Shown: piece after piece, positions 48,614 through 57,919 of the stretch
Layout of the letters: every line of letters begins with the position of its first letter
Position numbering within the stretch: the first letter of the stretch is position 1
Source of the DNA: a virus
IMG/VR virus record: IMGVR_UViG_3300025687_000024
Coordinates: 1-64,000 of that record
Length of the DNA stretch: 64,000 bases
Direction: 5' to 3' (one strand)
The notes under the pieces: model-generated
The model's database searches: none
The model's input: only the letters and a program-made list of their open reading frames with translations
What the model was told of the DNA's origin: nothing
Translations under genes and position numbers: made by a program

Positions 48614-49767
48614 CAGGCGACTCCTTCGAGCTGATCGGTGAGTTGTACGAGGGCCGGGAGATCTCCCATGGGGAGGTCCTCGCCGAGCAGGGCAGATAGG
48701 GTCTCGAGGGCGGTGCAGTACAGCCTGGCGTTACGCTGCATGTTCTTGACCCACCAGTCCGCGGGAGGCTCTCGGCGGTGCTGGATGTCGTCTACGCGGG
48801 CAGCGACATTCTCGAGCAGCCGGCGGTGGTTCTCCCGGTAGGCCTCGGGCGCGCGCGCCTCTATCTCCTGCACGATGTCTGCGTCGGAGATGCCGTGCCA
48901 GCGTAGCGACGAGACGGCGACCTTCATCTCCCAGGAGATCTGCCCGTTCTCCAGGCGCAGCTTCCACGGGTTGTCCTGGTCGAAGCGCAGGGGATCGTAG
49001 GTCTCCAGGCAGGACAGCAGGCGCTCCCAGGACAGCATCTCACCTGCCCAGCAGGCGCGGGAGGCGTGCACCCACAGGGGCCTCCCGTCTGCCGACGTGG
49101 TGCCGCTGTGCGCCTTCGCGTTGCGGTCCCGTTCGGGGTGGAGGTACCCCATGACCTGGTGCTCCGGGTGGAACAGCACGAGGGGAGGTGGGGCGTCGAG
49201 CGGGGGCTCGCTGTCGTAGATCGCTTCGGGGGAGGGCACGAATACCTGGACACCCGCCGCATGCAGGTGGCGGAACACCGGAGCGCTGATGCTCGCGTAG
49301 ATCTCGCCGTCGTTGTAGACGTAGTAGAGCTCCTTGTCGCGCAGGGGAACGGGGGTGTCGCGCTCCTGCTCGGAGTCGTACACCGTCGTCATCTTGCCCG
49401 CGACGTACGCTTCGGTCATCGAAGCGTGCATGTCTCGGCGGGTGAGCACGTCGTAGCGGGGTAGGCCTGCAGTCGCGGCGGTGATGGTGGGGACGTTGTA
49501 GCCCTCGGCCATCACGGGGACGAACTTGCGGCAGTAGGGGGGAAGGAACCTGTCAGGAGTGATGCTGCTGGCGTAGATGACGCGCCAGTCAACCGGGGCA
49601 TCGCCCGCCTGGGCCAGGATGTCCCTGGCGTGGGCGGGCAGCAAGCCGCTGTGCGGGAGGAGTAGGCACCACTGCGTGTTGCCCAGGTACACCCGCCCGT
49701 CGTCGAGCTGCAGCAGCACGACGTTGTCACCCATCTGGCGGGTTGACTCCTTGCTCAAAAAGAACAC
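48613..49767 (-). CDS. Hypothetical protein (start may be 49734)
   Basis: Long ORF with normal codon bias, coupled to polA. Confidence 0.65.
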   Translation of the reverse strand: MFFLSKESTRQMGDNVVLLQLDDGRVYLGNTQWCLLLPHSGLLPAHARDILAQAGDAPVDWRVIYASSITPDRFLPPYCRKFVPVMAEGYNVPTITAATAGLPRYDVLTRRDMHASMTEAYVAGKMTTVYDSEQERDTPVPLRDKELYYVYNDGEIYASISAPVFRHLHAAGVQVFVPSPEAIYDSEPPLDAPPPLVLFHPEHQVMGYLHPERDRNAKAHSGTTSADGRPLWVHASRACWAGEMLSWERLLSCLETYDPLRFDQDNPWKLRLENGQISWEMKVAVSSLRWHGISDADIVQEIEARAPEAYRENHRRLLENVAARVDDIQHRREPPADWWVKNMQRNARLYCTALETLSALLGEDLPMGDLPALVQLTDQLEGVA

Positions 49768-49942
49768 TCAGCCTCCTCTTGGGACGCACGGCGAGGGTGT
49801 GGCACAGGCGGAGGTAGGCCTCGTAGGACCTCCTCGCCTGTGCCACGTCACCGAGCTCGAGTTGTACGAGGGTGTGCATGTGGGCCAGGGCCAAGCGGTG
49901 CCTCAAGCACCGCAGGGCGTCTGACCGCTCATGCCAGCCCAT
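49727..49942 (-). CDS. Small hypothetical protein
   Basis: Fills the gap between operon genes. Confidence 0.45.
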   Translation of the reverse strand: MGWHERSDALRCLRHRLALAHMHTLVQLELGDVAQARRSYEAYLRLCHTLAVRPKRRLSVLFEQGVNPPDG

Positions 49943-49946
49943 CTAT

Positions 49947-51137
49947 CTACTGGGGCCGGCGGAACTGCCGCTGGCCTCCGCCACCGCCCCAGGGGGCGGA
50001 GCGGGTCTGGGTCTGGGCCTGGTAGGGGTTGGGGCGCTTGAGCTGCTTGGCCTGCACGTCCAGCACGGCCGCCACGTACTCGGCGTCGGAGCTGAACTTG
50101 GAGCGGTCCACGCGCTCGGGACGGAAGCGGTGGTGCAGGTCCCAGTGCTGGAGCAGCGCCTTGAGCTCGGCGTCGTCCAGCCCGTAGCCCTGCAGGTCGT
50201 TGTGGATGTTGGAGAAGGGCTGGCTGCGGTCGAAGTTCAGCGTGGTGTACTTCCGCTGACGGCCCGAACGGTCGGTCTTGACCTCGCCCGCGCAGTTGAC
50301 CTCGAGGGTCTTGTCGAACACGGTAGCCGGGACGGGGTCATGCGCCTCGCTGGCGCACATCTGGATCTCCTTGGGGTAGCCGCGCTTCCCGCACTTGGGG
50401 CACTCGTGCTCCTGCTCGATGAACTCCAGGATCTTCTCGGGGGGTTCGGTCTGCAGGTGATGCTCCTCGAACCAGGCGTGCATCTGGCAGTGGGGGCAGA
50501 CGAACTCGACGGGGAACACGTCCTGACCGCAGACCTGGCCCGTGGCCTGGTCGTAGTGCAGGCAGGTCTGCCCGAGGATGTCGTTGACCGCGTACAGCTG
50601 CTGGAAGTGGGTCTTGCCCATCTCCCAGACCTTGTGCCCGCCCATGAAGCGCTCGGCGACGGAGGGGTCGTGGCTGTTGCAGAAGCGGCAGCGGTTGCGC
50701 TGGGGCAGGATCTCGTCGGACATGCAGCGCTCGAAGGCGATCTTGCCGTCGGAGCCCTTGACCCGGTGGTAGAAGCGCAGGTCGATGACCTCGATGGCGT
50801 AGACCAGGCGCGGGTACAGCTTGTCGATGTCCTTCTGCTGCTGTTCCGTGAGGCTACCTCCGGCGTTCCGGGCCTGCTGGGCCTGGTGGAGGTAGTGGCA
50901 GTAGACGCAGTGACCCTCGAACCCGGGCCACTCGCTGGTGCAGGTACGGGGCCCGGCGCCGGGCAGCCAGTGACGCTTGAGCACGAGCAGCTCATCGTTG
51001 GCCGGCGCGAGCACGCGCACCATGCCACGCTCGCCCGCAGCGATCTTGTAGATCTCGGCCTCCCACGGATCGTAGGCCGTGGTCGGCGCGAGCTGCTCCG
51101 CCTGGCGGCGGGCATTGCGGAATGCACTCCAGCTCAT
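49947..51137 (-). CDS. Putative single-stranded DNA-binding protein with multiple Zn sites
   Basis: VRVL...HW...TC...CVYC gp32-like N-terminus; adjacent to primase; strong codon bias. Confidence 0.55.
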   Translation of the reverse strand: MSWSAFRNARRQAEQLAPTTAYDPWEAEIYKIAAGERGMVRVLAPANDELLVLKRHWLPGAGPRTCTSEWPGFEGHCVYCHYLHQAQQARNAGGSLTEQQQKDIDKLYPRLVYAIEVIDLRFYHRVKGSDGKIAFERCMSDEILPQRNRCRFCNSHDPSVAERFMGGHKVWEMGKTHFQQLYAVNDILGQTCLHYDQATGQVCGQDVFPVEFVCPHCQMHAWFEEHHLQTEPPEKILEFIEQEHECPKCGKRGYPKEIQMCASEAHDPVPATVFDKTLEVNCAGEVKTDRSGRQRKYTTLNFDRSQPFSNIHNDLQGYGLDDAELKALLQHWDLHHRFRPERVDRSKFSSDAEYVAAVLDVQAKQLKRPNPYQAQTQTRSAPWGGGGGQRQFRRPQ

Positions 51138-52186
51138 GGGGTACTCCTTCTTCGACTTCGTCGTGTCCAGGCAACGCCTGGTAGGGTGGCCAGCTGACCG
51201 ATGGTCTTGGCGTTTGTCACGGCAGCTGAGAGGTGAGTGGTGTCAAGGTCATCCGGGCTCGTTCCTTCGGGGGAACCGTCCGGGTAGAGGCAGACGTAGG
51301 CACGCCCACTTCGCGATAGGCGCTGTGCAATCCTTATCGCAGAACACCGCCGGTTTTTGTCCGGGTCGGGGAAGTAGACGCCCTTTCCAGGCTCGTGATC
51401 CAAGAGGACGTAGTAGGGTCCCCGGAGCCGTGTGATGAGGCGCTCCTGCTGCTTGGTCAGCGTGGAGCCCTGCAGGGCTACGGTGTGCGGGAAGCCGTGC
51501 TCTATGCACCACAGGCATCCCTTGTAGCCCTCGACGATGACCAGCGGCGGCCGCGCTCCCTCATCTGCGAAGAAGCGCGCGGCGTAGATGCGGTCGAAGG
51601 CGTACAGGTGCTTGCGGTTGGCCCCCGTGTAGCCGGGAACGATATCGTGGAACTCCTTCTCGTAGACGTAGTAGCGAGGCTCTACCCAGTCGTCGTAGGC
51701 GCGTCCGCTGATACCCACGAGCCTCCCGAGATAGTCTCGGATGGGGAAGGTGATGCGGTCGCGGCTCGCGTCATACCCGATGAACATCTCTTGGAGGATG
51801 TCTTCGGAGAAGCCCAGGTCGAGCATCTTGAGGGGGCACTGGTTGTAGGCGCCGAGCACGTACTCGGGCAGGACGTGCCACTCCCACCCCTGCTTCCCCT
51901 CCAGCTTCCGCTGGGCCAGTTCGGGCAGGGGAGGCGGGAGCCGCAGCTCCCCGATCTCCTGCTGTACGCGCTCTCCGGAGAGGCCCAGCTTGTAGAGGAG
52001 GTGGTAGACGGACCCGCCCGCGTGGCAGGAGAAGCAGGTCCAGCTCCCTTCCTTGGTGACGTAGAGCGAGCGCGAGGCTGACTTGGACTTGTGGAACGGG
52101 CACTCTGCACGCAGGTTCCCTTCACCAGAAGGGCGCACGTTGCGCAAGTAGCGCTCTGCCAGCCTCCTGATCTTGTCCGAGAGCAT
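51134..52186 (-). CDS. dnaG: DnaG-type DNA primase
   Basis: CPFH...CFSC Zn finger, RITFPIRD...GISGR, TOPRIM IVEG...LLD. Confidence 0.9.
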   Translation of the reverse strand: MLSDKIRRLAERYLRNVRPSGEGNLRAECPFHKSKSASRSLYVTKEGSWTCFSCHAGGSVYHLLYKLGLSGERVQQEIGELRLPPPLPELAQRKLEGKQGWEWHVLPEYVLGAYNQCPLKMLDLGFSEDILQEMFIGYDASRDRITFPIRDYLGRLVGISGRAYDDWVEPRYYVYEKEFHDIVPGYTGANRKHLYAFDRIYAARFFADEGARPPLVIVEGYKGCLWCIEHGFPHTVALQGSTLTKQQERLITRLRGPYYVLLDHEPGKGVYFPDPDKNRRCSAIRIAQRLSRSGRAYVCLYPDGSPEGTSPDDLDTTHLSAAVTNAKTIGQLATLPGVAWTRRSRRRSTP

Positions 52187-52195
52187 CGGCTTCGG

Positions 52196-53548
52196 CTATC
52201 CTCCAGTCGGCCGGCGAGGGGGCTTGAAGCTGCTCAGGTCCACCTTCGTGGGAATGTCCCCAGCGGGGGCGGCCCCTGTGCGCTTCTTGCTCTGCTCGGC
52301 AGACGTTTCGTTGGCGTTGTACTCTTCGACCCACGAGGTGTTGTCGGCTACGGCCTGGCCGAAGCCGTCACACAGGCGAGCGCTGATGGTGAGGGAGATC
52401 TCCTCGTTCATGCCACGAGCGGCGTTGGGGATGAGGGCGAGGAGGTCCTGTTGCTTGTTGCAGATGATGCGCAGCGCGAGGTCCACCTTGCGGGCGATGT
52501 GGTCCGACCAGGCGTGCTCCACCGAGCTGCGCCCACGGGTCTTGTCCCCTTCCCGGTTGGCGTGCCCGCAGATGATAGCCGGCAGCTTCGCCTTGGAGAT
52601 CAGGTAGGCCTTGAGCATGTCGATGGTGCGCGCCACGTAGACGTGCTCGCGTGCGTTGGACTTCTCGGCCATCGCATCGTCGGCCATCGCCTTCCAGTAG
52701 TCGTGGATGATGATGTGCGGCTTGACGTCCTCGACCTTGCCCTTGAACCCGCTCAGCCCACCTTCGACATCGGTGAAGATGAGCTTGCCTCGCGTCCGGA
52801 GGTCGCGGAGGAGCTGCTCTATGCGCTGCATCCCAGCGGGCGAGACGTCTCCCTTGAGCAGGCGCCCGTAGTCGAACTGCCCTCGGATAGCGATGACACG
52901 CCACTCCAGCTCTTCGGCGGTCATCTCCCGCGTGAAGAAGAGCACACGGAGGCCGAGAGCCTCATAGAACAGGGCGAGGAACAGCAGGAGGAAGGTCTTC
53001 CGGGTCTTGTGTCTCCCGTAGATGTAGATGAGGTTGCCAGGACAGAGCCCGGCCGAGTTGTTGTTGAACAGGTCCCAGGGCCAGGGGTAGCCCAGGAGGC
53101 CTTGCCCGGTCTGGAGACGCTCGAGCTTCTTGAAGATGGCGTCCGGATCGGACCCGACCACGAGGTCCGTGCGTCCCCGTTGGTTGAGTAGGTTGATCCG
53201 ATCGGCAGCGTCCACCAGGAACTTCTTGGCTGCCCAGGGATCGCCTACGTTGACCTCTGCCGTGCGGTGCAGAGCGTCGTCGATCTCGGAGCCGAGCTTG
53301 TAGGTCTGGAGCTCAGCGATGATGGCCGAGAGGCCGTCGGACGGGGTGTGGTGCTGGTAGGTGGGGCAGAGTCCCTGGAAGTAGGGGACGGACGGCACTT
53401 CGTGGTGGTTCTCGTAGTGCTCGGTGATCACGTCCCAGAACAGCTTGGCTTCGTCGCCGAGCAGCGAGGGATGCGCCCCCGCTTTCAGCGCCTCCGCCAA
53501 GTCTCTACTTTCCAGCACTGCTGCGACCAGCGCCAGATCGAGGTTCAT
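52196..53548 (-). CDS. dnaB: DnaB-like replicative helicase
   Basis: YPW, GRHKTRKT (Walker A variant), FTREM, IIHDY, HANR; next to primase. Confidence 0.8.
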   Translation of the reverse strand: MNLDLALVAAVLESRDLAEALKAGAHPSLLGDEAKLFWDVITEHYENHHEVPSVPYFQGLCPTYQHHTPSDGLSAIIAELQTYKLGSEIDDALHRTAEVNVGDPWAAKKFLVDAADRINLLNQRGRTDLVVGSDPDAIFKKLERLQTGQGLLGYPWPWDLFNNNSAGLCPGNLIYIYGRHKTRKTFLLLFLALFYEALGLRVLFFTREMTAEELEWRVIAIRGQFDYGRLLKGDVSPAGMQRIEQLLRDLRTRGKLIFTDVEGGLSGFKGKVEDVKPHIIIHDYWKAMADDAMAEKSNAREHVYVARTIDMLKAYLISKAKLPAIICGHANREGDKTRGRSSVEHAWSDHIARKVDLALRIICNKQQDLLALIPNAARGMNEEISLTISARLCDGFGQAVADNTSWVEEYNANETSAEQSKKRTGAAPAGDIPTKVDLSSFKPPRRPTGG

Positions 53549-53661
53549 GCCTCCTCCGCGTACTGGACCCTCCCTGCTCTGCGCCGCAGGGGGTCCGCTG
53601 CTTCAGGTGAAGTGAGTGCGCAGCTCGCTGACTCTAGAGGGCTGGGAGGAGACCGTCAACC

Positions 53662-53976
53662 CTATCCCGCAAAGGAGAGCCCCCCGCTGGGCTGCGGCGG
53701 TTCATCGAAGGGGTCGTCGTCGAGGGGCCGGTGGGCCGGCGGCGGGGTGTGCCGCGTCAGGTGTGCGGCCACGTCGTCCTCGATGGACTCCTTGAGGGCG
53801 TGCAGGATCTGCAGGGACCGCTCGCTCCATGCCCCGTAGGTGAGGAAGGAGACGGTGTTGCCGTTTGGGTCCATGAAGGACATCTTGGCGAGGGGGTTGA
53901 GCCCGCCGATGAAGCGAACGCGAAGCTCGCCCACCACGACGTGCGCGATGTCGTTGTTGGGGGGAATCTGGGCCAT
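53662..53976 (-). CDS. Hypothetical protein
   Basis: True start MAQIPPNN with SD GGAGG. Confidence 0.65.
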   Translation of the reverse strand: MAQIPPNNDIAHVVVGELRVRFIGGLNPLAKMSFMDPNGNTVSFLTYGAWSERSLQILHALKESIEDDVAAHLTRHTPPPAHRPLDDDPFDEPPQPSGGLSFAG

Positions 53977-53977
53977 G

Positions 53978-54346
53978 TCAGCCTCCGCTGGAAGCGATGT
54001 CCGGGAAGAACTCGGCGACGATCTCGTCGCGCCGAGCGTGCAGCTCCGACTTGACGAAGTCCACGCAGTCTTGAAGGGCCGCGCGCTTCTCTGGCTCGGT
54101 AATCCCGCAAGGGACCGTGCACCAGGCCGTGACCTCGACCTTCTCTCGGGAGAACTCGGTCGAGGTGCCGATAGCGATGGAGATGCCGACGCTGGCAGGG
54201 TGCGGGGGGAGCGCCTTTCGCGGGTCGAGCGGAGGCGCCTCGGTCGGGCGAGCGATCTGGTGAGGAGGGGAGCCCGGGCGCCGGGCCGTGGCCACGGAGC
54301 CGCGCTTGCCCGAGTCGGGCGGGCGGCGGAACGGAGAGTCACTCAT
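53978..54346 (-). CDS. Hypothetical protein
   Basis: Coupled ORF in the operon. Confidence 0.65.
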   Translation of the reverse strand: MSDSPFRRPPDSGKRGSVATARRPGSPPHQIARPTEAPPLDPRKALPPHPASVGISIAIGTSTEFSREKVEVTAWCTVPCGITEPEKRAALQDCVDFVKSELHARRDEIVAEFFPDIASSGG

Positions 54347-54905
54347 CGGAGAGCTCCTTGATACGGATCTGAGGGTGCTTGCGGCGCGAGGTGCGCTTGA
54401 AGGGGGCGACGACGTCTTCCGTCAGGTCGCCCTGGGCCACGAGGCGGTCCACCAGGTCGGCGTCGATGACCTGGCGCACTACGGGGTCGCCGTCCACCTC
54501 GAGCGTGCGCAGCTCGGGGCACTGGACGAGCAGGCCGTCCGAGTAGGAGCTGTCCACCTGGATGCGCGACGAGGTGACCTGCCACGGGGTGTTGTCAGCC
54601 TCGAGGCGGAGGCCTGCGGCCAGGTCGGTGTCCGGGAGGGCGCGGATGTTCTCCTTGATGCGCTCTTCGGTGGCTGCGATCTCTTCGGTCACGGTGTCGA
54701 GGTCCTGGTAGGTGTCCAGTTCCTGCTCGCGCAGAAGGAGCTGCTCTTGAGCGATCTGGCCCTCGAGCAGGGAGATGTGATCGCGGAGCTCGCGCACCTT
54801 CGCCGCTCTGGCGTTGTCCTCCAGGTACTCCTCGATGTCGCGCCGTCTGCGGTGCAGCTTGGCGAGGGCCTGTAGGTCGTGTTCGATGGAAGTGGTGTCC
54901 GGCAC
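54339..54905 (-). CDS. Coiled-coil hypothetical protein
   Basis: SD GAGGAG + GTG; coiled-coil N-terminal half. Confidence 0.65.
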   Translation of the reverse strand: MPDTTSIEHDLQALAKLHRRRRDIEEYLEDNARAAKVRELRDHISLLEGQIAQEQLLLREQELDTYQDLDTVTEEIAATEERIKENIRALPDTDLAAGLRLEADNTPWQVTSSRIQVDSSYSDGLLVQCPELRTLEVDGDPVVRQVIDADLVDRLVAQGDLTEDVVAPFKRTSRRKHPQIRIKELSDE

Positions 54906-54906
54906 G

Positions 54907-55617
54907 TCACTCTCCTCGGGTGGGCAGGGTGGCCCCGGTGTAGATGTGGTGGTACATGTCGGCGGTCTGGAACGCCTTGAGCCAGGTACGGAAGGCGTGG
55001 TGGCGGTCGCTCCCGTGCTCCATGGCAGCGTTCTCGGGGCGCAGCAGGTACTGCATGGGGAAGCTCACGTAGGCCGTGCGCTTCACGAGCGTGCATTGGC
55101 CCTGCGTGTAGGCGTCGTAGGTGGGTACCGTCGGGTTGCGCGCCATGGAGGTGACGCTGGGGCGCACCTTGAGGAGCGCCTTGATGGCCGTGTTCCCGAG
55201 CACCAGGAGGACGTAGGGGTCGATGATCTCGATGACCCGGTGCAGCCGTGCCTGGCAGGCCTGCACCTCTTCCTTGGCCGCGGGCCTGTGCCGCAGGTAG
55301 CCGTCGTCCTCTGCGCGGGTGGCGCGGCAGCCTACGGCCTTGAGCAGGAACACCTCCGCTCGGCTGGAGTGCACGCCGGCGAGGTAGCTGTCGAGCAGGG
55401 CACCGTCGTTCCCGCTGAAGATCTTGCCCGAGGCGTCCTCGTGCTCGTCGGGAGCCTCGTCGATGATGACGACCTTCGCATCGGGGTTGCCGCTGCCGAA
55501 GACCATGTGACGTCGGTCGCGGCCTTCCGGGTGGGCCAGTGCGCACAGCTCGCAGGCAGCGTACTCTTCCCAGAGGGCCATGAGGAGGTCTTGCTTCTCC
55601 TGGGTGGGCATGGTCAT
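54907..55617 (-). CDS. Family-4 uracil-DNA glycosylase-like protein with divergent active site
   Basis: C-x2-C, VFGSGNPDAKV, DEAP, GKIFSG, CR, EVQAC, LGNTA. Confidence 0.8.
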   Translation of the reverse strand: MTMPTQEKQDLLMALWEEYAACELCALAHPEGRDRRHMVFGSGNPDAKVVIIDEAPDEHEDASGKIFSGNDGALLDSYLAGVHSSRAEVFLLKAVGCRATRAEDDGYLRHRPAAKEEVQACQARLHRVIEIIDPYVLLVLGNTAIKALLKVRPSVTSMARNPTVPTYDAYTQGQCTLVKRTAYVSFPMQYLLRPENAAMEHGSDRHHAFRTWLKAFQTADMYHHIYTGATLPTRGE

Positions 55618-56972
55618 ACTGCGGGTCTCTCCTGAACAGCGTAGGGGTACTGGAAGCCGGCGAGGTGGTGCATGAGCTTGTTGCACATGTTTCGCGCGGA
55701 TGGGATCAAGTTGTCGTAGATGACCACGACGACAGGCGGCTTCTTCCCGGCGCATTTGCGCTGGATGCGCCCGATGATCTGGCGGAGGCGTCCTTCGTCT
55801 ACGAAGGGCATGCAGATGAAGATGGTGTCGAGGTCCTTGCGGTCGAGACCTTCCTTGGCCAGCGGTGTCGTAGCGAAGACGAGGTCGTAGCTCTGCAGGA
55901 TCTCTTCCCGGGCCTCTCCCTTCACGCCGCCGTAGATGAGCCCGTGTGGGGTGGGCCACTGGAAGGACGCCATGAACTTCAGGTGGTTGACCCGCTCCGA
56001 GAGCACGAGGGGCTTGCGCCCGTCCTGCACAGCGCCCCAGAGCATGTTGCAGATGATGTCGTTGCGCTCGTCGCAGTCGGCCAACCAGTTGTAGAGCTTG
56101 GCCAGGTTCGCCCCAGAGGACGTAGACATCGACGCCAGGTCTTCCTTCGTAGGGTTGATGTCCGTCTTCACGAAGAAGACTTCCGGTACGATGTCTGCTT
56201 GCATGCTCTCGAACAGCACCCCGCCGATGTGCGCCATGTAGAGCCGGTCGAGGCCATCGGCCCGCAGCGGCGTCCCGGACAGTCCCCAACGAACACCTCC
56301 GCAGAGGGGAGCCGTCGTGTTGAACCAGGGCGCTCCCAGGTGGTGCACCTCGTCGTAGACCGCGATCCCGAAGTGGTTCCGCATCTCGACGGGGAGGTCA
56401 TCGTACTTGGCTGCGAGGGTCTGAATCATGGCCAGGGTGACAGGCTTCTCCCAGTCCATGGTCGTCCCCTGGACGATGCCGATGTCCTCGCGCTCCAAGG
56501 ATGCGTGCTCCGTCAGGCGAGTGATCCACTGGTAGAGCAGGTCCTTGGTATGAACGACCACGAGCGCAGGCATGCCGAGCGCGGCCATGGCGTGAATGGC
56601 GACGACCGTCTTGCCCTTGCCTGGCAGCAAGGCGAGCACACCGTCCCCCTCGTCCACCATCGAGGCGTAGCCCATGCGCTGAATGGGCCCGCGGAGATCG
56701 TAGGTCAGGGGGCCGATCTCCACCTGGGGGAACCTCTTGGGCCGGATATCCACGATCTCGAAGTCGTACTGGTCCTCATCGCTGGGCGGGATGAATGCAC
56801 GAGGCACCACGAGGTGCGTGCTGGTGGTTCCCCAGGCACACACAGGCGCCTTGTCGGAGAGCGGGAAGGTCAGGGAGGCTTGGATACCCGCTCGGTTGGG
56901 TACGTGCTCCAGGGGCAGCCAGAGGTAGTCCCCTCGGTAGCCCTTGCGCGGGTCCATGCGGCGGTACTTCAT
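55614..56972 (-). CDS. SF2 DExH helicase (UvsW/XPB-like)
   Basis: PGKGKT, DEVHH, LSGT, KEGLD, QIIGRIQR. Confidence 0.9.
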   Translation of the reverse strand: MKYRRMDPRKGYRGDYLWLPLEHVPNRAGIQASLTFPLSDKAPVCAWGTTSTHLVVPRAFIPPSDEDQYDFEIVDIRPKRFPQVEIGPLTYDLRGPIQRMGYASMVDEGDGVLALLPGKGKTVVAIHAMAALGMPALVVVHTKDLLYQWITRLTEHASLEREDIGIVQGTTMDWEKPVTLAMIQTLAAKYDDLPVEMRNHFGIAVYDEVHHLGAPWFNTTAPLCGGVRWGLSGTPLRADGLDRLYMAHIGGVLFESMQADIVPEVFFVKTDINPTKEDLASMSTSSGANLAKLYNWLADCDERNDIICNMLWGAVQDGRKPLVLSERVNHLKFMASFQWPTPHGLIYGGVKGEAREEILQSYDLVFATTPLAKEGLDRKDLDTIFICMPFVDEGRLRQIIGRIQRKCAGKKPPVVVVIYDNLIPSARNMCNKLMHHLAGFQYPYAVQERPAV

Positions 56973-57370
56973 GGGCGACTCACTGCGGCGGTCAGCTTCT
57001 GCTCGAGGGCCTCCCGTAGCGCCTTGCGCTCCCGGGCGTCCAGCTGCAGGCGCAGGACGTTCTCGGCTTCGACGGCAGCCAGGGCTGCGATGTCTCTGAG
57101 CAGAACATCTGGGTGTGGAGAGAGGGTGACGTGGGCACGCACCTCGGGGTCGAGCTGGTGCTCGGCGAGGAGGCGCCAGGCGACCAAGCGCCTGTCGGGC
57201 GGAACCTCGAGGGCGTTGAGCAAGTACTCCAGCAGCTCCCCCGACGGGTAGGACGTTCCGAGGAAGATGCGGCGAATGTGCTCCGGGGACACGCCGACCC
57301 CGGCCGCTACTTCATGCTGGGCTATCCACGGGGCCTTGGCTGCCGCCAGTAGCTTCCCCAGGGACATCAT
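56969..57370 (-). CDS. XRE-family HTH DNA-binding protein
   Basis: QHEVAAGVGVSPEHIRRIFLGTSYPS; start at ATGA overlap. Confidence 0.75.
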   Translation of the reverse strand: MMSLGKLLAAAKAPWIAQHEVAAGVGVSPEHIRRIFLGTSYPSGELLEYLLNALEVPPDRRLVAWRLLAEHQLDPEVRAHVTLSPHPDVLLRDIAALAAVEAENVLRLQLDARERKALREALEQKLTAAVSRP

Positions 57371-57828
57371 GACGTGCCCTGGTGGTACTTGGAGCCGAAG
57401 CGCCGACGTGTGAAGAAGTAGGCGACCTCGGCGGCGATCGCCTGCACCCCGGCTTCGACCATGCGTAGGCCGAGGTCCTTCATGATGTCCCAGAACGAGG
57501 GGCGTTTCCACTTGCGCACTTCCCCCGGCTTCTGGGCGGCGACGGGAGCGTAGGCGGAGGGGCGGTCACCGTCGGCTTGACGGGGCGGCGTGGCGGCCGG
57601 CGGCGGGGCGGGGGCGACGTTGGTGCGGACGGTAGGCTGGCGGAGGGTCTGGGTGGTAGTTCTCACGGGAGCCTGCACGGGTGCTGGTGTGGGAGCGGCG
57701 GGAGCAGCTCGCGGGGGACGAAAAGGACTGCTGGAGCTTCCCTGGAAGGAGAACTGCTCTTGCGGAGGGGGCTGCGCCGCCGTGTTACCCCGGCGGAGCT
57801 GCTGGTAGAGCCTGTCGTTCGGTGGCAA
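57367..57828 (-). CDS. Pro-rich hypothetical protein, first gene of the minus-strand unit
   Basis: SD AGGAGG + TTG at 57828. Confidence 0.6.
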   Translation of the reverse strand: MPPNDRLYQQLRRGNTAAQPPPQEQFSFQGSSSSPFRPPRAAPAAPTPAPVQAPVRTTTQTLRQPTVRTNVAPAPPPAATPPRQADGDRPSAYAPVAAQKPGEVRKWKRPSFWDIMKDLGLRMVEAGVQAIAAEVAYFFTRRRFGSKYHQGTS

Positions 57829-57869
57829 CGGGGGCTCCTCCTGTGCTAATGGTGTTGATGCGACCAGTC

Positions 57870-57882
57870 TCCTTATGCGCGA
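57870..57882 (-). promoter_or_regulatory. Candidate phage promoter motif (TCnCGCATAAGGA on - strand)
   Basis: TCCTTATGCGnGA recurs at 62240 in the other divergent intergenic gap. Confidence 0.5.
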
Positions 57883-57919
57883 TATTCGGCATCCTGTGCC
57901 CCCAGCCGAGAGAGTACCC

